Positions 10,801 through 19,860 are shown, counted from the stretch's first letter. The stretch is 64,000 bases of DNA from Planctomycetota bacterium (GCA_022566535.1 JADFIR010000001.1:176195-240194); one strand, 5' to 3'. Made by a program: numbers and translations. The notes: generated by a model not told the origin, from the sequence alone.

Positions 10801-12685
10801 CTTCATAGAACGTCATAGCGAGACCGACCGCACGGTTGAGATGCTCGTCGCCCTGGGACACTACCAGGCGGGTGTCAACCGACTCCAAGAGGCAATCGCG
10901 ACATTCAAGGACGCTGGAAAGTACCAGAGTCCCGATCGGCGAGAAGCGGATCTTACGTTGGCAGACCTCTATTTCACCCGCGGCCTCTGGGAGCAGGCCG
11001 TCGAGCTCTACAGCGACCTGTTGGAAGTCTTTTCGAGTCGGAGCGGCCAGCTCATCGTCGATGTGCCGTTTGACCAGGCCGTCCGGCCGATTCGGGTTCG
11101 TGTGGTCGAAGCGTACGCGAAGTTGAAGGAATTCGACAAGGCTCAGCCGCTGTTGCAGGAATTGATCGATGTCGGCGGTCCTGATTTCTCCACGGTAATG
11201 CTGTCTGCGGCCATTGCCCAAGGGCAGGGCGAGCGTCTGTATTCCCAGGGCGAAGTTGAGGAAGCTGAGCGCCGTTTCGCGGAGCATCACGATGCGTTGG
11301 CTCGGGCGGAGCAGTTACTGCCATCGAGCCCCCTGCCGCATATCCAACGTGCGATTGACTTGCTTTTGGAGTTCAGGCGCACGAAGAAGCAGAGCCTTCT
11401 GGACGATGCTCTCTCGGCCCTGGACCGCGCCGATCAAGTGCAGGCCGGCGCCGTAGAGACCTTGAACGTTCGAGTCAAGGTGCTGCAAACCAAGGGTGAT
11501 CTGCGAGGGGCGATCGGTGAGCTGTCCCGCCTGCTCGATCAGTCGCCTCAAGATCTTGGCGCGTGGAGACTTCTCGTGAAGGTGCATATGGAGACCGGTG
11601 ACACTGAAGCCGCGCTGCAGGCCGCAGCCACGGCGATCGAACGGAATCCGACGTCGGCCCTTGCCTACGAGATGAAGGGAGACGTTCATGTGCTCCGACG
11701 CGAGATTCGGTCGGCAGCCGGCGCCTTCGGCGAAGCGTATCGATTGGAACCGTCCGTCGGTCGGTTGGCTAAGCGAGCAGAAACGTTGCTGGTGGTTGAC
11801 AGGCCGAATCACTCAGAAGTGATCGAATTGCTGGTCTCATCGCGTGAGTCGTTTGACGGCGAGCCGGTTCTCCGCGGCGTCTATGCCCGGGCCCTCGATG
11901 GGAACGGACAGCGCGCCGAAGCCCTTGAGCAGATGCGCATTGCCTATGGCGAGCACCGGGAGCAGATCGGGCAACGTCGGCCCGGTCGGGCCGATCTGGG
12001 ACCTTGGTTCCGCATGCTTCAGTTGATATTTGCGGACGATGAGCCAAGTGTTGTCGAGCAGTTCGTTAGAGAGTTAACCGATGACAACCCGGATGCATAT
12101 GAGTTGCAATGGCTCGCTCGGAGCTGGATTGCCACCGGGCAAGGGGGTGTGAGTCGCGCCGTTGAACTTCAGCGCAGGGCTGTTGCGCGGTGCTCTGTTG
12201 ATGATAGCGACTTTCGTTCGCTGTTGCTGTTCGACGTCGGCCAGTACCTCCTGCTCGCAACGAATTACCAGGCCGCCGCGGAGGCCTTCGAGCAGGTTAT
12301 TGCGCTTCGGTCGGACCATGTCCTTGCGCTGAATAACGTCGCGTACCTTTATGCTCAATACCTTGGGGATCCGAACAAGGCCGTTGCGTATGCGAATCGC
12401 GCCGCCGCCATCGTGCCCGATGACCCCAGCATCCTCGATACGCTAGGTTGGGCGTTTTTCAAGGCTGGGCAGCACCCCCAAGCTGAGAGGCACCTGCGCC
12501 GTTCCGTGGAGCGTGGGCCGATTGTGGAGAGTTACCTCCATCTGGCTCACGTATTAGCGCGAACCGACCGCCTCCAGGAAGCGTTGGAGTATCTGCGGAA
12601 AGCGAGGGAATTGCGGCCGAATGACGAGACTCAGGCGGAGATCGACCTCCTGGCTGACGATATCTCAACCAGAATGAGTGACTAG
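7865..12685 (+). CDS. giant TPR-repeat protein with N-terminal membrane anchor (PrsT-like role possible)
   Basis: 1606-aa ORF. N-terminal helix FVLILTAAVLGAVGTIGLVAV. TPR-like A/L/Y-rich 34-aa periodic segments run throughout, e.g. the C-terminal ALNNVAYLYAQYLGDPNKAVAYANRAAAIVPDDPSILDTLGWAFFKAG. Confidence 0.85.
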   Translation: MATRVNTKFVLILTAAVLGAVGTIGLVAVLKNRGDTTRHIKAGEQLLAQEDYEGALKEFTRAIAKEPSNMDYLDLFEQALLSIRPETQDQARVLDGRRIGIFKRKAQYRPQDPQSHLSLLRELHRDARYISLADQWQPVAEAADDMWKQIAPGDPKRIYARLYRGLANMRMIGQLSEEEVAEAEDDLRAFLEAVPDHDLGWASLADAQLSRAIQLRDDGNTRRAREMFEEVDDTRDRAIAAVREGPEVARMVAHHLALKSVDEEQEVSDEELSEAVDRMVELVGPTQDPQLINEAANILSLMWRLQGIPRAVDLLQQYLQAHPEEHFHRRSLAHLQYAAGNLDEAYEAARTLVDARPVQVSLLSRAQHQLRTQAASLIVDIEFKRWQGADKADKDAQLKRIETARDQLASLMADPEKEPLLFRAEGKIALAKEDYQAAAANFERHLKLSGREEFEILLLAAHSLEQLGQIGLAYERFRVASALQPQNVRVLYQKARVLSRLGRYEEAAETVDKALGINAEYDLAQQLAIAIEAAREAGGEIETTDPVAKALTGAADAMAEGDLNTARTDLRNALSQAPDNLQLISLLILVERRAGDTASAREYLDRALVLQPSNPLLRRFEASLDNDDPIEGLKQYVAALYEDEADRAIYTVINLDVLARQMDAAAQRYADSGDAQAAAAARSQANRARDEAQRFLGSVQGISEDHPALLEHRFNEALAVEDWGKAGQLVERAQAVDADGTGGLIFKGRYELAQQDVEQAVQTLTDATDRKHYASVPWRLLAVAHEALGNFAEAQSAYEESYDRNPNDPETVRRYVRLLVQTGDKNRALRILRTARHTIPNDALLQDHWLRLEVEVGDTTQAIRTRREIYERSPDLQAPVRRLNAIQLAALLGQLEPTYEQVVDESGKQRYERDRWNRLSAGEQEQLVEQVRTDWVRESEQILDALEAEVEAGLEVVALRAALLKIRGEVDAGEQLLRDFIERHSETDRTVEMLVALGHYQAGVNRLQEAIATFKDAGKYQSPDRREADLTLADLYFTRGLWEQAVELYSDLLEVFSSRSGQLIVDVPFDQAVRPIRVRVVEAYAKLKEFDKAQPLLQELIDVGGPDFSTVMLSAAIAQGQGERLYSQGEVEEAERRFAEHHDALARAEQLLPSSPLPHIQRAIDLLLEFRRTKKQSLLDDALSALDRADQVQAGAVETLNVRVKVLQTKGDLRGAIGELSRLLDQSPQDLGAWRLLVKVHMETGDTEAALQAAATAIERNPTSALAYEMKGDVHVLRREIRSAAGAFGEAYRLEPSVGRLAKRAETLLVVDRPNHSEVIELLVSSRESFDGEPVLRGVYARALDGNGQRAEALEQMRIAYGEHREQIGQRRPGRADLGPWFRMLQLIFADDEPSVVEQFVRELTDDNPDAYELQWLARSWIATGQGGVSRAVELQRRAVARCSVDDSDFRSLLLFDVGQYLLLATNYQAAAEAFEQVIALRSDHVLALNNVAYLYAQYLGDPNKAVAYANRAAAIVPDDPSILDTLGWAFFKAGQHPQAERHLRRSVERGPIVESYLHLAHVLARTDRLQEALEYLRKARELRPNDETQAEIDLLADDISTRMSD

Positions 12686-12968
12686 CACCAACGCCTCCGG
12701 GTCTGGAGGGTGTTGTCTCAGGGCAGGCAAGAGTTATGAGCACCGTCGTATGGTTTGGCGCACGTATTGATTTGGGGACCGGGATTCCCTGGAGGGTCGC
12801 CGGTGCGACATGCGTCATGATCGTTCGAGACATCACGCGCTTGGGGGAGTTGGTCACGGCGCCATTCCGCATTGAAATGCTGCGCCGTCCGCACTGGCTT
12901 TGCCGTGGCGAAAATCGGTGGCCCATCGCCCTGCGTGGTGTGGCATGCCGACGCGGGGAACAAGACCC

Positions 12969-15566
12969 ATGACTGGGGCCATGTTGGTGGTCATGATCGT
13001 GCTGCTGCTGGCGGCAATTGTGCTGCTGGTACTTCTCCTGCGGCGCGACACCGGCCAGGAGATACAGCAGCTCACGTCCTCTCTCGCGGCGCTTGGGGAA
13101 ACCCAGGAGGTCGCCGAAGCCTCGCTTCGCGACGAGATTGACAAGAGTCGCGAGGCCGCGGGGGCTCGGGTCGAAGAATTGCGCCAGGAATTGCGCCAGG
13201 AGGTGACCGCATCACTCAAGAGCGCCACTGATTCGGTCGTGGAGGCTGTCGGTGAGCTTGAGAAAGGGCAGGAGGGGATTAGGAGATCTCTGCAGGATGA
13301 GATTGGCAAGAGTCGTCAGGCCGCCGAGGTCTGGGCGGAAGAGCTAAGCCAGGAGGTGACCAGCTCTCTCAAGAGCGCGACTGAGGCGATGGCCAAGACA
13401 GCCGCCGGCCGTTCGCGAAGCGCCGTGCCCTTCGCGCGCGTGCGGACGCTCGATCCATTCCGCGTGGTGCGGCGCCACCTGGTAATGATCATCGGATCTG
13501 GCGTTGCGGGCATCGTGCTCGGCGTGGCGGCCTTCTTCTTGTTCGACCGGTATCTGCCGCGCTACAGGAACGAGGTGTTGTTCGAGATCCAGTCGGGGCT
13601 GGAGGAAGCACGTGACGTCTCTAGCCGCGATCTCACGCGAGACGAACTGGTCATGCGCTTAGCCTTGACGGAGAGCATGCTTCTCACCAGCCGTGGGGTA
13701 CTGATGGCCGCCGTCAGGGAGCGGGACGTCCAGACCACCTCTTGGTTTCGGAAGTCATTCGTTGACACGGATGGCGTGCTCCTGATCGATGAAGCGGTCG
13801 ATGACCTGGAAGAAGACGTTTCCACAAGGATGATCCGTGGCAGCAATCTCTTCGGTCTGAGGTGGTCCGCCGGGGTCGCCGACGATGTGCCGAAGGTGCT
13901 GAATTGGATCGCGCGGTCCTATATCCGCGAGCGACAAGACCTCGATGACTCGATCTATAATAAGAACCTCGAGGTGTTCCGAACGGAGCTCAACCAGACC
14001 ACCCGCGACCTTGATGACTTGGCGCAGGAGATCGAAGTGTTCATTCGCGACAAGGGAATCACCTCGCTGGACGATCCGCGTTCCAACCAGATTGCGCTCG
14101 CTGTGCAGGATTTGGGCCAACGAATAGGGGGGTCCAGTTCGACATTGAGTCTCGTACAATCCGCGTATCTACAGACCGCGGCAAAGCTCGAAGGGACGGT
14201 CGAGCCCACCGAAGAGGACCGTCGCCAGGCCGAGGCGAAGCCCGCGGTTCGGCCCCATGAGCTGGCCGTGCTACAGAGCAAGACGATATTGCGCGAACTG
14301 CGTGAGCAGTACCGTGATCCGGAGCATTGGCTTATAGGGAAGCAGGAGGCCAGACTTCGCGCCTTGGAATTGGAATACGAGGCCAAGATCGAGGAGATCA
14401 TGACCGCCAATCTCCAGGCGCAACTCAATGAGCTCTCCAATCAGATCGAGAGCCTCACGACCATGCTTGACGAGCTCCGAACGGAGTATACGGAGAAGGA
14501 CGACCAGTTGCGAACGCTTGCCGCGGATATTGCCATGTATCAGGCGATGGAGGGCCGACGGGACCATCTGGAAGCGACTCGTGACTTCGATCTTGAATTG
14601 ATCAAGGACCTTCGGCTCATGCGGGCACGTGCCGATGCGTCCCGCGTTCGCATCGCGCAGTTGGCTTTGCGGCCACGCGAAAAGGCATTCCCCAAGGTGG
14701 AGGTTGTGGTTCCATTGACCGCCCTGCTGCTTGTCGGCCTTGTTACTGGATTGATCTTCGCTCGTGAGCTGACCGACCAGCGCATCAAGAGCGCCAGCGA
14801 TCTAGAGTTACTTCCCGCAGCTCGCGTGTTAGGGATGATTCCTGAACTTCAGGAGGATCCCTGCAGGTCGGAGGCGGCGGAGCTGGTCGTCTGCAAGTGT
14901 CCGAACAGTGTCTTGGCCGAGTCGTACCGGCAGCTCTGCACGCGGGTCGACGAAGCGATGAGCCGTGCTGGACACAAGACGCTTCTGCTGGTTGGCGGCT
15001 TGCCTGAAGCCGGGACCACGACGGTGGCGACCAACCTCGCCGCCGCCGCCGCTGCCGTGGGTAGAAAGGTTGCGATCATCGATGCGAACTTCCGCCGTCC
15101 GCGCTTGGACACAGCGATGGGTATCACGGTGAATGGTTCGGGCCTGGGTGAGCTGCTGATCGATGACATACCACTCGATCAGGCCATCACCGAAACCGAA
15201 TATGGGATCGACATCATTGCCGCGGGGCAACCAACCTACCGAATCTATGAGCGCCTGAATGGCGGCCGGTTCGATCGCCTCCTTGCTGAGCTGGGCAGCC
15301 GGTACGACCTGGTGCTGGTCGATACTCCGCCAGCGGTGGTGGCTGGTGACGCGATGGTCCTTGCGAATAAACTGGATGCGGCAGTGCTGGTGGTCCGCGC
15401 CTACCAGGATCAGCGCGGCCTCGTCGCCCGTCTGATCGACCAACTGTCTGATGCGCGGTGCGAGCTGCTGGGAATTGTTCTGAACCGCCCGCGCGGGACC
15501 GCAGGAGGGTATTTCAAGAAGAACTTCGCTACGATGGCCCGTTACGCTACTGAAGAGGCCGCCTAG
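12969..15566 (+). CDS. polysaccharide co-polymerase (Wzz/GumC-type) fused to BY-kinase-like P-loop domain with degenerate Walker A
   Basis: TM helix, long coiled-coil periplasmic region, second TM (VVVPLTALLLVGLVTGLIFA), then LLLVGGLPEAGTTTVATNLA, DLVLVDTPP and AAVLVVRAY (Walker A, A', B context). Start chosen at MTGAMLVV; 12900 and 12945 are alternatives. Confidence 0.8.
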   Translation: MTGAMLVVMIVLLLAAIVLLVLLLRRDTGQEIQQLTSSLAALGETQEVAEASLRDEIDKSREAAGARVEELRQELRQEVTASLKSATDSVVEAVGELEKGQEGIRRSLQDEIGKSRQAAEVWAEELSQEVTSSLKSATEAMAKTAAGRSRSAVPFARVRTLDPFRVVRRHLVMIIGSGVAGIVLGVAAFFLFDRYLPRYRNEVLFEIQSGLEEARDVSSRDLTRDELVMRLALTESMLLTSRGVLMAAVRERDVQTTSWFRKSFVDTDGVLLIDEAVDDLEEDVSTRMIRGSNLFGLRWSAGVADDVPKVLNWIARSYIRERQDLDDSIYNKNLEVFRTELNQTTRDLDDLAQEIEVFIRDKGITSLDDPRSNQIALAVQDLGQRIGGSSSTLSLVQSAYLQTAAKLEGTVEPTEEDRRQAEAKPAVRPHELAVLQSKTILRELREQYRDPEHWLIGKQEARLRALELEYEAKIEEIMTANLQAQLNELSNQIESLTTMLDELRTEYTEKDDQLRTLAADIAMYQAMEGRRDHLEATRDFDLELIKDLRLMRARADASRVRIAQLALRPREKAFPKVEVVVPLTALLLVGLVTGLIFARELTDQRIKSASDLELLPAARVLGMIPELQEDPCRSEAAELVVCKCPNSVLAESYRQLCTRVDEAMSRAGHKTLLLVGGLPEAGTTTVATNLAAAAAAVGRKVAIIDANFRRPRLDTAMGITVNGSGLGELLIDDIPLDQAITETEYGIDIIAAGQPTYRIYERLNGGRFDRLLAELGSRYDLVLVDTPPAVVAGDAMVLANKLDAAVLVVRAYQDQRGLVARLIDQLSDARCELLGIVLNRPRGTAGGYFKKNFATMARYATEEAA
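13122..13389 (+). repeat. diverged tandem duplication inside the co-polymerase N-terminus
   Basis: SLRDEIDKSREAAGARVEELRQELRQEVTASLKSATDSV versus SLQDEIGKSRQAAEVWAEELSQEVTSSLKSATEAM. The DNA is also visibly similar. Confidence 0.7.
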
Positions 15567-15717
15567 TCGGATCTGTTTGAGGTCAGATCGTGCATCAGCG
15601 GACCTTCAGAAACGATATTCCACGGTCATGACTGCTCGGCGGTCGTCAGGTGGCGCTGCAGTGAATCAGTCAGTGCAGTCCTGCCCCGATGAGTTCCCTG
15701 CGAAGAGCTGCCAACGA

Positions 15718-16722
15718 ATGCCGACTGCATCCCCCCAGCGCGTTACTCTTGTGACCGGCGGCGCGGGCTTCATTGGTTCGCATCTCGTGGAGCATCTTCT
15801 CCTTCGAGGTGATCACGTGGTTGTGGTTGACGACCTCACAACTGGTTGCCGAGGCAACCTCGAGGGGGCGAATGACTCGCATTTGACCTTCATGGAAATG
15901 AGTGTCTCCCAAGCCCTCCGCTCGCTTGGGCCCAGCGAGATCGATGAGATCTATCATCTCGCAGCGGCCGTCGGCGTGCGACTGGTGATCGACCGACCTA
16001 TTGGCACAATTGAAACGAATGTGCTTCAGACTGCAGCTGTACTGAACTTCGCAGCCGAGGCAACAATACCCATCCTCATCGCTTCCACGTCAGAGGTATA
16101 CGGCAAGTCAACTCAGATCCCGTTTGCAGAGGACGATGACGTGGTCTACGGTCCCCCCAGCCAGACCCGATGGGCGTACGCATGTTCCAAGGCTATTGAC
16201 GAGCACCTTGCCCTGGCCCATTATCAGCAGAATGATCTTCCGGTCGTTGTCGTGCGATTCTTCAACATCGTGGGGCCCAGGCAGGTTGGTCGCTACGGAA
16301 TGGTCCTGCCAAGGTTTGTCGCATCAGCGCTTGCCGGGGCGCCGATTGAGGTCTACGGCGACGGGCGGCAGACGCGGTGCTTCTGCGACGTCCGTGATGT
16401 AGTCTCGATCATGCCGAAGCTGCTCGCGGACCCGACCTGCGCAGGAGGTCTGTTCAATGTCGGCAGCGACGAGCCCATCGAGATCCGGGCTCTTGCTGAG
16501 CTGGTTCGCGACGCGCTTGGCAGCCGGTCACCGATCGTCAATGTGCCTTATGACCGCGCGTACGGTCAGGGATTTGATGATCTGCGGCACCGTCAGCCGG
16601 ATCTGACTCGCATTCGGCAGGCGACGGGATTTGTTGCTCAAACGGACCTCGTGCAGACGGTCCGTGACTTGGCGAATGAGTTGGATCACAGATCGTCATC
16701 GTCTCTGGAGTCAACCGCCTGA
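15718..16722 (+). CDS. NAD-dependent sugar-nucleotide epimerase/dehydratase (SDR family)
   Basis: VTLVTGGAGFIGSHLVEHL Rossmann motif and catalytic YACSK. Start trimmed to MPTASPQRV; the ORF opens at 15577. Confidence 0.85.
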   Translation: MPTASPQRVTLVTGGAGFIGSHLVEHLLLRGDHVVVVDDLTTGCRGNLEGANDSHLTFMEMSVSQALRSLGPSEIDEIYHLAAAVGVRLVIDRPIGTIETNVLQTAAVLNFAAEATIPILIASTSEVYGKSTQIPFAEDDDVVYGPPSQTRWAYACSKAIDEHLALAHYQQNDLPVVVVRFFNIVGPRQVGRYGMVLPRFVASALAGAPIEVYGDGRQTRCFCDVRDVVSIMPKLLADPTCAGGLFNVGSDEPIEIRALAELVRDALGSRSPIVNVPYDRAYGQGFDDLRHRQPDLTRIRQATGFVAQTDLVQTVRDLANELDHRSSSSLESTA

Positions 16723-18023
16723 TGCCGCTGCTGGCGATCCAACCTGGCGCGAACTCGCTCGCGACCGAGCCGGTCGAGGCGCTGACCGACGAGATTGAGC
16801 CGATCGCCGTTTCCGCGATGGGCTTGCTCAACAGCTATGCAACCATCTTCATCGTCGCTTTCCTTGTCACGTTGCTGTGTACGCCTCTTGTCCGCTGGCT
16901 GGCGTTGGCCGGGAATGTGACTGACCAGCCGGACGGCGCCCGCAAGGCTCACCGCTACCCGGTGGCCTATCTCGGCGGTGTCGCGGTGTTCCTCGGCCTT
17001 CTGGTCGCGGTGGCCGTGAGCTATGTGTACATGGACGGCCTGGCCGCCACGTACGCACCGGTGCCGATGGCCATCGTCCTGGGAATGGCCGCCATCATGT
17101 TCACCGGTCTGGCAGATGACGTGTGGGGGTTGGGTCCGCGCCTGAAGATCGCCGGCCAGCTCGTCGCGGCCGCCGCATTGGCCTATCACCACATTGGGGT
17201 CAGAGTGGCCGCCGGCCTCCTCAAGCCGGTCGCCAGTTGGCTCGACCCGCTGCTGGGTAGTGAGAATCTCGTCTTCGATATTCCTCTGCCCGGCGGTGGA
17301 GCTGTGACGCTCGACTTGATCTATTGGACGGGTACTGCGCTCATCGCCATTTTTGTGCTTGGTGGTTGCAACTCGGCCAACCTAATCGATGGCCTGGATG
17401 GCCTGCTGTCCGGCGTCGTTGCCATCGTGGCCCTCGGTCTGTTAGCCATCAGTGTGCTCATGGCCCTGCGAGGGCTCCCGACGGATGCGAACCCCGATGA
17501 GGCACTTGGCGGCGCGCGGGTTGTCCTGTGCCTCGCCCTGCTGGGCGCGGTCCTCGGATTCCTGCCGCACAACTTCAATCCCGCCAGCATCTTCCTGGGC
17601 GACTGCGGCAGCCTGCTGCTGGGCTATGTCTGCGTCGTAATCATCCTGATGCTCGGCGAGTATGGACATACCCACCTCGTCTTCGCAGGACTCGTGGTCT
17701 TTTCCGTTCCAATCATGGATACGACTCTCACGATCATCCGCAGGTGGCTGGCCGGGACGCCGATGTCCGCTGCAGACGATCAACATCTACACCACCAGCT
17801 CAAACGGGCGCTGGGAGGTGTCAAGCGAGCTGTCTCTGCCGTGTATGGCCTCAGTGTCGCGTTTGCCATCGTCGGCGTAACGCTGGCTGCGCTGGTCATG
17901 CGAACGCAACTTCGAGTGCGCGTCGTCTACGCTGTTGCGCTCGTGCTCTTCGGCTCCATCGTGGTGATTGCTGTCAAAGTAGCCAGCCGCCGGCGCCATC
18001 TTGCCTCAGGGCCTGAGCAATGA
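16722..18023 (+). CDS. polyprenyl-phosphate sugar-1-phosphate transferase (GT4 MraY/WecA family)
   Basis: Multi-TM with NSANLIDGLDGLLSG and a DD motif (LADDVWGL). The start overlaps the previous stop by 1 nt (TGATG). Confidence 0.9.
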   Translation: MPLLAIQPGANSLATEPVEALTDEIEPIAVSAMGLLNSYATIFIVAFLVTLLCTPLVRWLALAGNVTDQPDGARKAHRYPVAYLGGVAVFLGLLVAVAVSYVYMDGLAATYAPVPMAIVLGMAAIMFTGLADDVWGLGPRLKIAGQLVAAAALAYHHIGVRVAAGLLKPVASWLDPLLGSENLVFDIPLPGGGAVTLDLIYWTGTALIAIFVLGGCNSANLIDGLDGLLSGVVAIVALGLLAISVLMALRGLPTDANPDEALGGARVVLCLALLGAVLGFLPHNFNPASIFLGDCGSLLLGYVCVVIILMLGEYGHTHLVFAGLVVFSVPIMDTTLTIIRRWLAGTPMSAADDQHLHHQLKRALGGVKRAVSAVYGLSVAFAIVGVTLAALVMRTQLRVRVVYAVALVLFGSIVVIAVKVASRRRHLASGPEQ

Positions 18024-18274
18024 GCGGTCCAGGCCGTGCAAGCTGACCAACCCGCACAACCCGTAGAGGCGGAACAATCCGCCAGGGCGAACCTGGTCAA
18101 GCCGAGCAGTCTCCGCCGGTAATGCTCCTCTGAGATTACTCAGCTGCCTCGACATTACAGCCAAGGGCGAATGACCTGCGGCTGCTCATCTTGAGAGCCA
18201 TGCGCCAAACGGGTAGGGGCCGGCTCGACTACCAATGACTTGCCAACGCCTTTGGAGTTGTCACAATCACCGAG

Positions 18275-18754
18275 ATGTCGCGATCCGGTAAGACAAGCGT
18301 TCTGCTTATTTGTGCCGGAAATATATGTCGGAGCCCGCTGGCTGAGGGGGTGTTCTTGCACAAGGCGAACCTCCGCGGCGTCGCCGAACGCTTCGCGGTT
18401 GACTCTGCGGGCACCGGTGACTGGCACGCCGGCGAGCCGCCCGACCCCAGGACCCGCGCGATTGCCGCCGAACACGGCATCATCCTCTCCGGGCGGGCCC
18501 GGCAGCTGACCCGAAACGATCTACGCCGCTTCGACCACCTCATTTGCATGGATGAGGCTAATCGACGGGCACTTGCTCGCATGGGTGCGCCCCAAGCGAA
18601 GGTGCGGCTCCTGTTGGAAGTCGATCATTGGGCTGCGGTTCGCGAAGTCCCCGATCCATATTACAGCGGACCCGAAGGCTTCCAGACCATGTACAAACTG
18701 ATTGATTCCGCCTGCGACGCCCTGCTTGACGAGCTGCTCGCGGTCGCCCCATGA
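18275..18754 (+). CDS. low-molecular-weight protein tyrosine phosphatase
   Basis: CX5R(S) loop in VLLICAGNICRSPLAEG and the DPYY acid loop. Confidence 0.9.
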   Translation: MSRSGKTSVLLICAGNICRSPLAEGVFLHKANLRGVAERFAVDSAGTGDWHAGEPPDPRTRAIAAEHGIILSGRARQLTRNDLRRFDHLICMDEANRRALARMGAPQAKVRLLLEVDHWAAVREVPDPYYSGPEGFQTMYKLIDSACDALLDELLAVAP

Positions 18755-19647
18755 ACGATCGCCCGGCGATCGAGCACGCGCTGAGCGAAGCAGGCATTCA
18801 CAGTCGTATCGTCGCCGACCGTGATCTCTCCGGCGGGTGTATTCATCGGGTGGTCGAACTCACGCTCGCCAACGACATTCCGCTGGTCGCCAAGGCCAAC
18901 ACTGCCGACCACCTCGTGATGTTCCAAGCGGAAGCAGCCGGCCTGCGGGCACTGGCCGCGACGAACACTATCCTGGTTCCCAAGCCGCTTGCCGTCGTCC
19001 AGCACGACGCCACCGCCGTTCTGCTGATGACCGCAATCGAACATGCTCGGGCCACCAATTCAGCCTGGCGACGCTTCGGCGAAGACCTCGCGGCGCTACA
19101 TTCTTGTGACACGCGATCGCCGCAGCGGCGCTATGGCTTCCAGAGCGACAATCACCTCGGAGCTACGCCCCAGCCCAATGGATGGTGCGACGATTGGGTG
19201 CAGTTCAACGCCGAGCACCGCCTCGGCCATCAGTTGACCCTGGCCGATGATCGCCGCCTGCTACGTGGCGATGAATCCGCCCGCATCCAGCGCGTGATCG
19301 ACCGGCTGGAGGCGCTCATTCCTCGCCGACCACGACCGGCTCTGCTGCACGGTGATCTCTGGTCGGGTAACGCCTTGGCGACCGTCGATGAGAATCGAAC
19401 CGAGCGCATCGCGGCGATCGACCCGGCGTGTTCCATCGGCGACGGCTGGGCCGACATCGCCATGATGCGGCTCTTTGGCGGCTTTCCCCCAACGTGTTTC
19501 GAAGCCTACGCCGCTAACGTCGAGGATCACGATCAGATCGAGACGCGGATCGCCGTTTATCAGCTCTACCACGTGCTGAACCACGTCAACCTCTTCGGCC
19601 GAGGCTACGTCGCCCAGGCCCTGGCGCTGGTAGACCGCCTGGTGTAA
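18751..19647 (+). CDS. fructosamine/ketosamine-3-kinase family protein
   Basis: LLHGDLWSGNA catalytic motif and IDPACSIGD. ATGA overlap with the phosphatase gene. Confidence 0.85.
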   Translation: MNDRPAIEHALSEAGIHSRIVADRDLSGGCIHRVVELTLANDIPLVAKANTADHLVMFQAEAAGLRALAATNTILVPKPLAVVQHDATAVLLMTAIEHARATNSAWRRFGEDLAALHSCDTRSPQRRYGFQSDNHLGATPQPNGWCDDWVQFNAEHRLGHQLTLADDRRLLRGDESARIQRVIDRLEALIPRRPRPALLHGDLWSGNALATVDENRTERIAAIDPACSIGDGWADIAMMRLFGGFPPTCFEAYAANVEDHDQIETRIAVYQLYHVLNHVNLFGRGYVAQALALVDRLV

Positions 19648-19662
19648 TGCCTGGTCATCAGA

Positions 19663-19681
19663 CCGCGGATACCATCCGCGG
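19663..19681 (+). terminator. hairpin CCGCGGAT-acc-ATCCGCGG just after the kinase stop
   Basis: 8-bp perfect stem 16 nt after TAA (19645-19647). No U-tract. Related to the palindrome at 515-534. Confidence 0.4.
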
Positions 19682-19847
19682 CTTGGTGGGGGCGCGGCAC
19701 CATCGGCGCGCGCGGCTCGGGTTCACCGGCCGGGCAAATGAGGTGAACGCAGCGGTTCGGAGCCCTTTCCGCCCCTTATCTTCGCGTATCTCCCAACAAC
19801 CACCCCCAAACGACCCCTTCCGAGCCCTATCCGAACCCCCTCCGCCA

Positions 19848-19860
19848 CGTTTGCGCGCGC
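19848..19860. repeat. left copy of 13-bp direct repeat CGTTTGCGCGCGC
   Basis: Identical 13-mer at 22869-22881. The two copies bracket the low-GC R-M-like cassette. Confidence 0.6.

Noticed and set aside
12736-12972. 78-aa ORF between the TPR gene and the co-polymerase gene
   Set aside because: No motif, and it overlaps the likely start region of the co-polymerase. Treated as intergenic/5' UTR.
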